Assembly (NCBI GenBank): GCA_964188305.1
Contig: OZ076887.1
Strand: one strand, 5' to 3'
Length of the DNA: 64,000 nt
Source of the DNA: Podarcis bocagei
Lineage: Eukaryota
The translations under genes and the position numbers were made by a program. The notes beneath the pieces are model-generated. The model did no database searches and was not told the origin of the DNA. It worked only from the letters and a program-made list of their open reading frames with translations. Positions 25,196 through 37,869 of this stretch are shown one piece after another. The first letter of the stretch is position 1. Each line of letters starts with the position of its first letter.

Positions 25196-26773
25196 CTCTT
25201 TCTGTTTCCTCCACTGGGTCTTTTCCCACTGCATTTCTCAACCATGGTTTATTCCCAGTGGATAGAACATCAAATTCCTTTTGAAACCTTATTGATATAG
25301 TCATGGAATGAGAGCTAAAATCACTGGAGAAGAAAAGAAAAGAACTGAATAATCCAAATACTTTGGTTTCACAAGGAAAAGTTTGCAGATATATGAATGA
25401 CTGCACAACTGAAAAAGTTCAGTTCTAGACTTCTTGGCTTTATTATCATTGTGAGTTAAGTCAATGGGTTAAGTCCACAGGATGTGTGGTCCTTTATGGT
25501 AATCTGAAATAGTCTGTGTTTTAAAAAGTCAGAAGGTATAGTCCAGCGGTAGGGAATCTTTTTCAGTAGTAATTCCTTCTGGACCACTTTCCGGGGTGGA
25601 GCAATGTATATAGTTTTTACCCTTGTACATTAGGAATTTTCTACACCTACACGCCCCTGTATCTTAAGGCAAAAAAGAGACATCAGAAGTCAAGGACACA
25701 TTCCAGCCAGGGAAAAATGTGCAAGGAAGGCACGATGAGAGGTGTGACTGGAGGATGTGCAGCTTGGGGAAAGCTTCTGGGGACCAGAGACAGACATGAG
25801 GGCCGCATTCAGCGTGGTTGCCACCCCTGGCATAACCACTAACACTATGAATAATTCAGACCACGGTAGGGCTGTTGCTGTAGCTTTCAGAAGATATTTC
25901 AGCCAGGCAATATCAAAATTTGATAGTGTGTTTAGATAAAATACCGCATCTCTCAGCTCTCTAACCACTAGTTGAGAGTCAATTTTAAAAGTCATGTAGA
26001 AAATAATACCAGTGTTAAAATTGAAATGTTGTGATCAATACGGATGAATAACATCTCATCCCAACAGATATAGCAGAATAACCTCCCAGTGTTTAAATTT
26101 TTTACACCAAAAGTAAAAGAATTGGATGGTTGGACTGATTTTCCTTTGTTTCCAAAGTCTTCCAATATTCCAAAAAAAACTATTTGTCCTCTTTAGGCTA
26201 GCTGTGCAATGCTGCGCTGGGCAGCTTTTTACTTTCATTATATTTGTTTTCTTTATGCTTGGTTGCGCCATAGAATGCTGTTCCCTATAATACTGAGCAA
26301 TCTAGCTTGCAGTTTTAAAAGCATCATTCACAGTAAATAAATGTGTCTGTCAGATCTAAGAAAGGAACCTGAACGTGCTATATCTTCTATCAAAGCACAC
26401 TCCATAGGAAAACTCTTCAAAGTAATTTTAAGCACTTCCCTGCATGCACATATTTAATGGGCATTTTGGCCCAGATTATCATAGATGTTTGTTTGCTTGT
26501 GGTGGTGGTGGTGGGCAAGCAAGAGTTTGGTGATTGTGGTATAAAAATATTCTGCATGGTAGAAAGATGAAGGTAGACTTCCTAGGAAAAAGATGAACAA
26601 AAAGGCACAGTGCATCTACTGTCATAAACTTTCATGCTCCTCAGAGTGTAATTTCCAAAGTCTTGAACCCACATGTGGAAAGCAAAGTACAATAAAATCT
26701 AACAGTGCAGTCCTATGCATCTATATGCAGAAGTATATTCAGTTAAGTACAATTAGGCATACTACCAAGTGTA

Positions 26774-27246
26774 CCATATTTTTCGCCCCATAGGACGCAC
26801 CAGCCCATAGGATGCACCTAGTTTTTTTGGGGGGAAATAATGAAAAAAAAAATATCCCCCCCCCCAGGTGCGGGGCTGGGGTGGGGGAAGCCTGAGCTTC
26901 CCCCGACCTCAGCCCCCAGAACAGGCTGCTATCCGCAAGCCGTGGGAGAGCTGCGCGACTTCGCGCTGCTCTCCCACGGCTAGCAGAGCGCTGCGCGAAG
27001 CCCGAAGCTCAGCGCGCCCCAAGCTTCTGGGTGCCAGCAAGCTCTCCGCTAGCCGTGGGAGAACTGCGTCTCCCACGGCTAGCGGATAGCTTCCTGAAGC
27101 CTGGATAGCGAGAGCGGTCGGTGCACACTGACCCCCCTCGCTCTCCAGGCTTCAGCGAAAGCCTGCATTCACCCCATAGGACGCACACACATTTCCCCTT
27201 CATTTTTGTAGGGGATAAAGTGCGTCCTATAGGGCGAAAAATACGG
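26774..27246. mobile_element. Tc1/mariner (pogo/Tc2-like) MITE, 473 bp, young
   Basis: TA TSD on both sides. 27-bp TIR CC(A/G)TATTTTTCGCCC(C/T)ATAGGACGCAC (25/27 match). CpG-rich with internal palindromes (gccgtgggaga..tctcccacggc). Confidence 0.92.
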
Positions 27247-28110
27247 TACATAGGATTGCAACTAAGTGTAAAGTTACATGCTGTAGGCTGTGATGTTAAA
27301 GCATAGGTACTAGGAAACACATTTTATTGAGCTCGGTGAGGTTTACCTATGAGCAGATTTGCTTAGGATCAGACTCCAATGGGATGTCAGATCCCAGCAC
27401 CCTTGGATTCTAATTTTACCTTTACATTTTGCTATCAGGGGTCGTTGCACAAGTGAATCATTACCTGCTAAGGATCACAGTGAGGGGCTATTACTGCTTT
27501 AAACAACATGCAACCCATATTGCCTCCAATGTGGAATTTATGCAGGTGTTCTATATGCCTGCTTTGTCAAGACCATTTTCCTTGCCTTTCTTTTTCTAAA
27601 TAAAAGGATTAAATGCAACAGAAATATAAAAGCAAAGTTTCTCTGTCTCTTTTTTAAATAAAACATCATAGTAAAGGTAAAACCTGCAGGGATTCAAATG
27701 CACTTGAAAGACCACTTTTAAACCATACTTGATCTAAGCAATCGAAAGGGATTTTGATAACTAATGAATACTGCATTTCAGACTGGGGCAGATAAAGCAG
27801 CCTGCCTCCTGTTTTGACCTCTTGTCCACACCAGTGAAGCTTTTTGTTTTAAAATGTCTAATTGTTTCTCAAACTAAGGTACCTTTTATTTTCCTTCCTT
27901 TGTTTTTCCTTTCTTTTCTTATTGTTTTGAAGACTTAATAAAAGTTCTGGTATGAAGTCTAGATAGGAATCTTGCCCCCACCCCCATTTTGTTTGGAAAG
28001 TAATTATGTTCTGGTTCATAGAAAACTTGCACAAGAACAAAACCTCGACCTAAGAATCCCTTTCCATAAAGAACTCCCTGACAATTTATATAATTTCTTC
28101 TCATCTTCAG

Positions 28111-28166
28111 CTGCCACTCCTCAAAAAGATGACGGACTTCCAGACATTGACCTTGTTCAGAAGTAA
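28111..28166 (+). CDS. Candidate terminal exon (coding part)
   Basis: Branch-like cctgac, then tttcttctcatcttcag|. Reads (A)ATPQKDDGLPDIDLVQK* in phase 1 or (S)CHSSKR* in phase 2. AT-rich UTR-like sequence follows, with AATAAA at 28931. Confidence 0.4.
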
Positions 28167-28755
28167 TGCTGAACCATAGTTAGTACTGGGTTTTCTTCCC
28201 TTTTCTTCCTCTTGAATAGCTGTGAGGAGGAAATCAGAACTTATTATCCACTTCTATTTTAAACAAACTACAATTTATAATCTTGTCTAAACTGGAAATT
28301 GTGTTCAGTTTTAACTGTGGTTTATCTGAATGAGGCAGGATCATAAAACATGGTTTTATGTTGACTTATTTGGACAAGACATAGTTAAAGCTGTGTACAA
28401 TTTGTCCTGACTTGGACATAGCGGAAAGCTGCACTTGGCTGACAGTGGAAGCAAAAGCTTCATATCTCCTCCACATTGACTTGCCATCAATGTTCTCAGA
28501 AACTTTATAGACTACAGGTGAGCTTGACAGCAGCATCCATAAATCTGGTGCTAGTTTCTTCTTGTCCAAAAGTACTAGTAGAGAAAGCATAGGGAAAACA
28601 ACAACCATTTTGCAAATCCACAATCATATACTGGCATGTATTCTATGGACCTCTTACCATTTAGCATCTGGGTTGGAAGAATTGACTGTAAAATCCAAAA
28701 GGAATTGACTGTAAAATCCAGAATGTTTGCATAGGTATGTACAACCAGTCTCAGA

Positions 28756-28831
28756 TATATATGGCATGTACAACCAGTCACACACACACACACACACACA
28801 CACGCGCGACTGGTTGTACATGCCATATATA
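28756..28831. repeat. Perfect 24-bp inverted repeat around a (CA)n loop
   Basis: tatatatggcatgtacaaccagtc (28756-28779) and gactggttgtacatgccatatata (28808-28831). Confidence 0.95.
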
Positions 28832-29623
28832 AACGCATACACATATATAAATCCATATCCTCCTGTCTTCAACCATTAAGCATATAATATGTTCTAATGA
28901 GATCTGCTGACCCATTTTTGCCTGTACAGTAATAAATCAAAGACATAGCCCTACACCATGCACAGGGCTTTACAAGCTTGTCAGCACTTGTGAAATCACA
29001 AGCACAGTGCTTCACAAACCCAGTGATCAGCTGCACAGCCTGTACCCTCCCCTTTGGCCCAAGCCTGTTTTTACCTCCCCTCAACACTTGACATAATAGA
29101 TGACGTCAGATGGGTGTGACTTGCCCAAAATGGGTCAAATGAGGAAGCCTGGCAGGACTTTTTAGGCCCATGGGCCAGAGGCTGAAGGTCTTTATTGCTA
29201 TTGGATCCTATACATAGAGAAGACACCATTTTCATTATGAAGAGAAGATAATATGGGTTATGCAAACAATAGTTAAAATCTTTAATGTACTTAAGATCAA
29301 ACCAGATTTTTGCTAAGCACTGTATGTGAGAGTGCAAGATCCTGACCGGAAGGCAGCATGTGGGGAGAGGAGGCTTATCTTTTCCCAACCCAGAACAATT
29401 AGAATGGCAGCCCCACCCCAGTAAGAAAACCAGAGGTGCATAAAACATTATACTACATATTTAACAAACAGCTAGTGTGACCTAAATTTGTCTCATTTCT
29501 GATAAACCCAGAAATGTCAACATCTTTGTAGAAAGCTGCTTAAATGCAATCACGAAGTTTTCCAAAAATCTGTGACACCCACAAGAAGCCTGTGTTAATG
29601 ATTCAGTTTTGTGCCCTGGGATT

Positions 29624-29866
29624 TCCTGCCAACCTAGCAGTTTGAAAGAATGTCAAAGTGCAAGTAGATAAATAGGTACCACTCCGGCGGGAAGGTAAAC
29701 AGCATTTCCATGCACTGCTCTGGTTTCGCGAGAAGTAGCTTAGTCATGCTGGCCACATGACCCGGAAGCTGTATGCCGGCTCCCTCAGCCAATAAAGCGA
29801 GATGAGCGCCGCAACCCCAGAGTCGTCTGTGACTAGACTTAACTGTCGGGGGTCTTTTACCTTTAC
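29624..29866 (+). mobile_element. Sauria SINE, 5'-truncated
   Basis: cctgccaacctagcagttt..gtgcaagtagataaataggtacc..gctggccacatgacccggaag..gatgagcgccgcaacccc..tttacctttac. Confidence 0.93.
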
Positions 29867-32800
29867 AGAAGGATTTACTAAGACACTTGAAAGCCTGCAC
29901 TCTCTTCTCTGAGAAATCGCTATCCTGCAACTGTGATTCCGAACTAGGTTTGCATCCTGATCAGAAACATTTGTGTTGACGTATCTAGCTGCAAATGCTG
30001 GCATAAATCTTGCCAAAATGCTATCCCAGCATCATCTTTGGTGGATGCTACACCGCCATAGCTGTTAGCATCCCTTCCTCCTCCCCACCAAATGTTTATG
30101 TGCTGGCATAACAATCAAGCTGTTAAAGCATTAAATAAATGAATGAATCTTCCCCCAGGCTCTCTTTAAAGCTGCCCAGCCAAAGATGTTTCTGCTCTTA
30201 CAGTAAAGAGTAGAGGAAGGCAGGGGAGGTTAGCAGTCTGTTACAGTAAATTGAAAAAATATCAAATCTGAAGCAGCAACATTTTGTTTTAGAGCATCTG
30301 AAAGGATGCTATAAACAATAATGAAGAAAACAAACCTACAGTACATACACACATAAAATAAATAATAGTTGACAGAGTAATCTTAAGAAGCTATTTGTAC
30401 TTCAGGCTGACCTAAAGCAAAATACATTCAAACTGACCTAGAGTAAAATCGTTCCTGTAAATGTAAAAATAAAAACAAAAACGCTGAATAAGTATAGAAA
30501 CAAATAACTTCTTAAAAGGATTAAATTCAGAGTTGCAAATTGTTCCCAAATAGAGATGAATCAAAGGTCCACACACAGTTATTGTGCCAGAGGATAAGAT
30601 TGTTTAAATGCTTATTTAGAAACTAACACTTTTGTGTTGTTTTAAAATCTCACTCCCCCCCCCCCCATTTAAGTTTGTTCTGCACTTATGCTGGGTAGGC
30701 TTCTATATTTGTGTCCTGTTTTCTCATTTTAGTTGTGATTAATATTTAAACTAAGAACAATTTACACCGTTTTAGCAATTTAAATGTTGATTCTCAAAAT
30801 AAAGTGCTTGCAAACGCAACTTGTATGCATCATCTTTAAGGTGTCTCTGATAACACACAGGATTCGAATGATTCTACTTTAGCAATGCTCCATGTAAACC
30901 ACTCTAGAGCATTAATTTGTCATAACACCAGAAAGAAGACATGTTTTGTGGGTTTAAAATATGCTATTTAAATATATATATATAACAAACTAGAAGATCT
31001 GCAGATCAACCAAACTGAACCCATTTGCTCAATCAGACATGCCCCATTTGACAAGCCACATCACTCCCTGTGGGAGACAGCAACTCTCCTCTTCTTTCAG
31101 GGGAGGGGTGTGTGGCAAGTACAACCCCCCCCCCAATAGAGGAGGAATGGAATTTGGCAACATGTTATGATGCTTAGAAAATCAGTATGTCACTCTTCTC
31201 CTTTGAAGCTCAGAAGATTTTTTGGGGGGGAGGGAGTGTATTAATAGGTGTCAATTATTTTAAAAGCAGCTATTTCTAGCTTGTGGGATACATTGGCTTG
31301 AGTTGAGACACACTAGTTGGAAACCATACAGAACAAATGGTTAAGGGAGCTTTTCTTGAAGTTCAAAAGATGAAACCATGTCTTGAATAAAGACATATCA
31401 CATATACAGGGCATCTCACTAATGTGTTTTGGAAATCTTAATTTATAGTCCCATCTTCTCCTTCAAAGGGGTGACCAAGCCTGCAAATTTCATCCAAGTC
31501 TGTCCACTTCTGTGAAAAGGAAAGTTGTGGCCATTTTTAGATTCCCCATTACAGTATAGTGAACTTGGAGAAAATAAAGTTTCCATTTTAACAGATCAAA
31601 TGATGAACAGAGAATAAAATAGGGAAGACATTGAGCAGCTCTGAAACAGACTGAGCTGCTTTCCAAACCTCCATTTACAGATGGAAGTCAAATCTTGTGA
31701 CTAGTGCGCCCTCTGAATTCAGCCTGACCATGCATGTTTAAATCCTTTTAGCATATGTTAGTCTGATGCCCAGTAGTGTTTTTCTAGCAGATTATTCTAT
31801 ATTAAAGCACCCTTATAGTCACAGTTAATATAAAGTATTTTCCCCTACCAGTTCTTAGTTATATTACATGAATAGAAGAGATACAGTGGCCTTAAATAAA
31901 AGAAGAATGATTGCAAACTGACACAAGGCTGTGGTACGACATATAATTAAAAATCATCTATCATCAAAAAGCAGATGAACTATTCAGCACTCCAGTTAAA
32001 TATGGGTTTTGATGATGGATACACCTGGTCATTTTAGAAATCCATATGAATCTGCAGGGATTTTCCTTATAAAAATGATGTAGTTCACAGTGGCAAGCGA
32101 CGGCTTGCCATATAACGTGGCATACAAAGACAAATAAGGCTGTTGAATTCATAGCGATTTATGATCTACCTAAAAGAGGTAGAAATTGGCTCATGCTTAG
32201 CTGGCGGCAAATGGTACAACTCTTACGTACAGTATCTACTGCTCCTTGCTTAAGCCAAAAAGACATCACTCGTCTGGATAATTCAAAGCACAGATCGTCT
32301 GTGTCATTTTTGAGACACGAATGCTCAATGAAACCATTAAATGATCCGAAAGTAAGGTGGGTTTAGTCCTTTGTTGTCATTTCTTACAGAGAATTTAAAG
32401 GCAACTTTGTCATGGGGCATTATTCTAGGTTTTGAGAAGCCACTCTGAAGCTATTTACTTCATAAGCTCTGCCCTATTGGATCAGACCCAGAGTCTGTCT
32501 AGACCAACATTCTATTTCTAACAGTAGCTAGGCTGATACAAGCAGGCTATGAAACCCTTTTACCTGAAGCACATTTGTTGTTGGAGAGGTTGATAGATAC
32601 ACCTCTGGATTCTACCTAGCTCATGAACCAAAATCTTTTAGGGAATTAGTGTTGCAGCATTCTGGGTATTCTCCAAAAGAATAGACCTGCTGCAATATCC
32701 CTTGGATTTCCCAGTTTTGCATGCACTGTATGTTCTGTTCTAATATGCTTATGGAAGACCAGGGACAAGGTGGACATCTAAGCTGATTAATTAAGACATT

Positions 32801-34915
32801 GATTGCTAAATTCACTCCTAATACTTTACAGCAAAACAAAACTGGTCTTCCAACCTCAATAAGCAACAACATGCAGCACTCTGAGCACATGCTGCTTCAC
32901 ATTTTAATATCAACTCATCATTGGTTGTCCAAACCAATCTACGTTACATGTTGTTCAAACGGTTCATTTGTCCATCACAGCTCTGACTTCATTCATTGGA
33001 TAAAAACATTGGAAGGTGGGAGCAGCTTAGAAGGGTAAATGCACATTTTGCTTCATACCTTTCTTTTTAGTGGGGATAGATAATTCATCTTTTAAAGAGA
33101 AGAAATAAATATCACAGCCTGCCCCACCCCACCCCATTGCTGGCTATGGGCCTCGGGCATCAGTACTTGTATACTCACCTCTCGGCTTCCCTACTTATCA
33201 GTATAACTGAAAACCTGCCTTTTTAATATGTTCTATGTAAAGCATGTGGGTAATTGTTAGTCTTAACTCACCGGTACATTTTTTTTCTTTTTTTGGAAAC
33301 TTTGCCACAGTTCATTTTTCAAAACTCAACCACAAAAAAAATAAAAAATTAAAACAATTATTTTCTAAACTAGCCTTTTGCCCAGCTATTTTCCTTAAAA
33401 AAAAATTACACTTTTTCCTCAAACAGCATCCCCCCTCTACCCCAGACAGTAGTGAGTCTAAGGCCACTCCATCTCCAACACATGGGTTTTCCACTTCTTT
33501 TTCTTTCAGGCTGATGTCTCCCTTCTCCCCTAAGCTCTTTCATATTCTTTGTGCTTGGCTGGGCCCACAAAAAATACTTTGCTAAGGCAGTTTAGCCAGT
33601 GCTTAACACTCGGAAACCATGAATCAAATTTCCTTCAGACAGATGAGATGGTCACCATGAAAGCCACCAAAACAGCCTCATAGAGGAAGAAGCTGATGTT
33701 GTCCCTAAGATACCTGCCGAATGTTTGCAAAACACAAGCAGATATTAGGGATGGAGTAGACTTCCACTACAACCAAAATCAAGGCTGCAGCCATGACTCC
33801 GACTGGATCAGAGCCAATATGGACCCAGCCTAGAACTAGTGCCCCCCCCCAGCAGGTTGTGTGACTGTTATGAAAATGCAGTGCTTACTCAGGGTGCTAG
33901 AGGCCTCAAAGCAGACAAAGAAAGGCCTAGAGCAACCCTGGTTGGTTGAACTGCTTGACTACTTCAATTGATGCTGGTCTAGCCAGTAATAGAGCCGTTA
34001 GCAACGCTTGACCCAAATCTCAGGCAAAATCCTAGATCCATAGATGACGTGGCCTTTTTTATTTTAGAAGGGAAACATGAGGTCAGAGCATGTGTGATTA
34101 AAAAAAAAATGTACAGCACCTTGGGGTTTTATTTTGCTATAAAGAGACTGAGATGATAATGATGCTTGAACTTTATATTAAAAATTATGGTTTATGGGAA
34201 ATATGAAATCTCAAGGCTTGGATTTTCTGCAGTTAACACTGCACGTTTTGCTCTGCAAAACACTGGCCCATAAAGAAATTAATTTGTTTCAAATTATCCA
34301 TCTATACCACTGGAAGCAGCAGTGTAAATCAGAAACCAGTGAAGTAAACAGAATGACACCCATGTTAATATGGTGTAAATCCAATTCATTCCCAGCCTGG
34401 AAGCTGTGGTGATAATTAGCCTGCTCCCAGAATCTAGTTAAAAGCTATTAATTATTTCTCTGCTCCTAACTGAATTGTGACAACATACTTTGTAACAATT
34501 TAATTAGAAAGCAAATGATCCCTATTTTACCATTTTCATTGTTTTTTGATCTCATAGATTATTGGAGTAAATGTCTGTGTGTTTCTAGGAAGGTGAGCAG
34601 ATGATATGGCTCAGTTAAACATTCTCCCCTCTAAGTTTGATCTATGTTAACTCTATTGGACTTCCAAGACTACTCCATTGTCAGAGTGCAGTGCTATGGG
34701 GATTTGAAATGCCACGTCCTTTATGAGTCATTGTGTGCATACATTTCTGTTGTTGTATGTCTAATCTTATACTGTATTATCACAGAATCATACATTTTGG
34801 CCATGGGTAGGCAAACTAAGGCCCAGGGACCGGATCTGGCCCAATCGCCTTCTAAATCCGGCCCACGGACGGTCCGGGAATCAGCATGTTTTTACATGAG
34901 CAGAATGTGTGCTTT

Positions 34916-35030
34916 TAATGTTTGATGTATTACGGTATTTTAATATTTTGTTGGAAGCAGCCCAGGGTGGCTGGAGAAGCCCAGCCAGATGGGCAGGGTA
35001 TAAATAATAAATTATTAAAAATTATTACTA
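34916..35030 (+). mobile_element. L2 LINE 3' terminus nested in the hAT MITE
   Basis: ggaagcagcccagggtggctggagaagcccagccagatgggcagggtataaataataaattatt. Confidence 0.7.
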
Positions 35031-35139
35031 TTTATTTAAAATGCATCTCTGGGGTATTTGTGGTGCCTGCCTAGTGTTTTTACATGAGTAGAATGTGTTC
35101 TTTTATTTAAAATGCATCTCTGGGTTATTTGTGGGGCAT

Positions 35140-35505
35140 TAAAAAAGGTAAAGGTACCCCTGCCTGTACAGGCCAGTCTTGACAGACTCTAGGGTTGTGC
35201 GCTCATCTCACTCTATAGGCTGGGAGCCAGCGCTGTCTGCAGACACTTCTGGGTCACGTGGCCAGCGTGACGAAGCTGCTCTGGCAAGCCAGCACCAGCG
35301 CAGCACACGGAAACGCCGTTTACCTTCCCGCTATAAAGCGGTCCCTATTTATCTACTTGCACTTAAGGGTGCTTTCGAACTGCTAGGTGGGCAGGAGCTA
35401 GGACCGAACGACGGGAGCTCACCCCGCCGCGGGGATTCGAACCGCCGACCATGCGATCGGCAAGTCCTAGGCGCTGAGGTTTTACCCACAGCGCCACCCG
35501 CGTCC
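35140..35505 (-). mobile_element. Full-length Sauria SINE
   Basis: Minus-strand head ggacgcgggtggcgctgtggg, B-box ggttcgaatcccc, and tacctttaccttt tail. 11-bp TSD ttgtggggcat at 35129-35139 and 35506-35516. Confidence 0.95.
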
Positions 35506-35887
35506 TTGTGGGGCATCCCCCCAAAAAATGATAGTCCAGCCCCCCACAAGGTCTGAGGGACAGTGGACCGACCCCCTGCTGAAAAAGTTTGCTGACCCCT
35601 GATTTAGTATCTGTTGAAATGAAACTTGTTTCACTGATTTGAATGGGTCTACTCTTAGCATAATGAAGGCTTTTCTTCCATGCACAGTTACCTGAGAATA
35701 AGTCTCACTGAAGTCAATGGAACTTACTTCTGACTAGATACACATAGCATTGTGCTGTGAGTCTGGATCCAACCCATCATGTCTTCACATATCCCTTCAT
35801 ATCATGTCCAATACTATACATAGAGATGGGAGAGAATTTGGATTCAGTTCACATTTAGAGGCAAAGTTACCAAATTTGAATCTAAAC

Positions 35888-36173
35888 CAGTGGTTTTCAA
35901 ACCTTTTTCCTCTGGGTCATACTTTCAGAATTTGCTCGCACCACACTGATTTTTTTATTGATAAGAAATACATGGAAAAAGAAAACTCCTAACAGTGCTT
36001 GATTCATAATATAGAACACAACTACTTTATAATATAATCACAGGACACCCTGATAGTATAAAACAGTGCAGGTACATAAGAACATGAACCATTCCCAAAA
36101 TATAATATAATTGTCCTTGAATCTTCCTGCCACATTTGCCATCCTCTACTGTCACACCCTTTGAAAATCATTG
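35888..36173. mobile_element. hAT MITE (286 bp)
   Basis: Perfect 8-bp TSD atctaaac (35880-35887 and 36174-36181). TIR CAGTGGTTTTCAAA / TTTGAAAATCATTG (12/14 match). Confidence 0.85.
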
Positions 36174-37733
36174 ATCTAAACACATTCTTCAGAATTCACA
36201 CTTTTCTGAATTTTCCAATGCTGCCCTTTTATTGTAGGACTCAAACTCTCCATATTTTCCTCTCTGTAGGTCTGTAACATGTTACTCAACTACAATGGAT
36301 ATTAATGTATCTATTTTGTATTGTTTTAAATTTTGTTTTAAATGTATTGGATGAGTATGTAGGTGTAGAAGGTGATTAATGCATCAGTGGTGATGATGGT
36401 AATAATAATAAATGTAAGATATTGTAGTCAGAAAAAGATGTCATCATTTGAACTTGACTGCAGATTGATCAGAAGCTTGTCTAACAATAGTCTTCAAGAC
36501 TTTTCAGAACCATGACCTTTGAATCCAATATGGGGATCCCTTTTACTTCTTTGTTACTTCTCTGTGTCTCCTTGCTACATGACCGTCTTTCTTCTCCCTC
36601 CACTCACTTTATTTTTTGAGGGGGGGGGAGGCTAAATAAACAACAAAAATTGTGGTGGCAACCCAGACTTGATCCGCCTTACATTGGAGCAAAGACCACT
36701 TGTGAGTCCCTGCCTAAAACACTTCTATTCAGAATATTTTAAACCACATTCTCAAATGTAACTCTTTTTTCTAGTGTCCACTGTAGGGTTTTTTCACCCC
36801 CTTTCTCAAACCGATAGCTTTCATAAAGTTGGGAAAATAAAATGAAGGCAGGAGGTTAATTTCCACTTCAGGAGAAACAGCATGACTTTTTTCACACCCC
36901 TGCCAGGAGTAATTATGAGTGTACTTAATTCTTAGATGTTCAGCCCTTTGAACTGTTATTGAGTCTTCAAGGTTTATGCTCAGAAGGGGGGAAAATCAAT
37001 GAACAACATTTTACAGAGTACTTAAACTTGATATTTACTCCCCATTATTCTGCAATTGTCAGGAAGTTCCAACTGTAATACAGAAGGCCAAATCTTTTTG
37101 AGTAGTTTCCTGCCAACAGCTTACTCTGTAGACAAAGGTGACTTTGTCGTCCTTTCTGCGATAGCAAAAACTTGTGAGATTTAAGGATGTATTACAAAAC
37201 TATCTTCCAACTTTTCCTTAATTGTATAGCACACTCTGACATCATCTGTGTAATTCCTCATCTGTGAAGACTCCTGTGCCTGCATATAAAATAAGGCATA
37301 TATATTGGTGACTGTTTCTTGCACAACTTTGATGTGAGGTGGGGCACTATAGAGGGTGCAGCTCTATGAACCTTCTTCTGTTCCTTGCATGTTCTCACAA
37401 TCTGTTCGTCCGCATGAATATGTCACATTCTCTGCCTAAGTTAATTCTTAGGCTCATTTCACCACACTAATTGGGGCCCACTGGCACACTAACCACATAA
37501 TCCTGTCATTCATGTCCCTTTGCGCCTATAAATTAGTAATTGGATATACCCTTTCTCACACTGAATATTCACACCTCTTTCATTAAACATGTAGTAGTTA
37601 CTGGCAATGCCACTCATAAAGACTTTTTTGTCTGTGCTCACCTTCACACCACAACACATTGACCCTCTATATTTATGGAGGCCTTATTTTAACCTACATT
37701 TAATATATTGTGGTTGAAAAACTATCCAGACCA

Positions 37734-37869
37734 AGGGTAGCCAACTTGGCTCCCTCCAAAAATTGTTGGACTACCATTCCCATCAGCCCCAGACATTATC
37801 GTCAATAGTCAGGCACGATGGGAATCGGAGTTCCCCAACATCTGGAGGGCACTACATTGCTTACCCCTG
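37734..37869. mobile_element. Short palindromic hAT-like MITE (ctacaactcccatca family)
   Basis: ggactaccattcccatcagcc..gatgggaatcggagt. Relatives lie at ~40640-40760, ~55440-55560 and 61646-61783. Confidence 0.65.

Larger units (their letters stand above)
34802..35601. mobile_element. hAT-Charlie-type MITE (OposCharlie1-like end) carrying nested insertions
   Basis: Termini CATGGGTAGGCAAACT and AGTTTGCTGACCCCTG. Internal duplicated block tgtttttacatgag.agaatgtgt..tttatttaaaatgcatctctggg. The TSD is degenerate. Confidence 0.75.

Noticed and set aside
26774-27246. CpG island or promoter
   Set aside because: The CpG richness is confined to a young MITE. The same applies to 61076-61407.
9287-28166. 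Assigning the exon candidates to known multi-tail genes such as HTR4, PTGER3, GRIK1/2 or KCNC2
   Set aside because: None of the C-terminal sequences I remember for these genes match, so no gene symbol is given.
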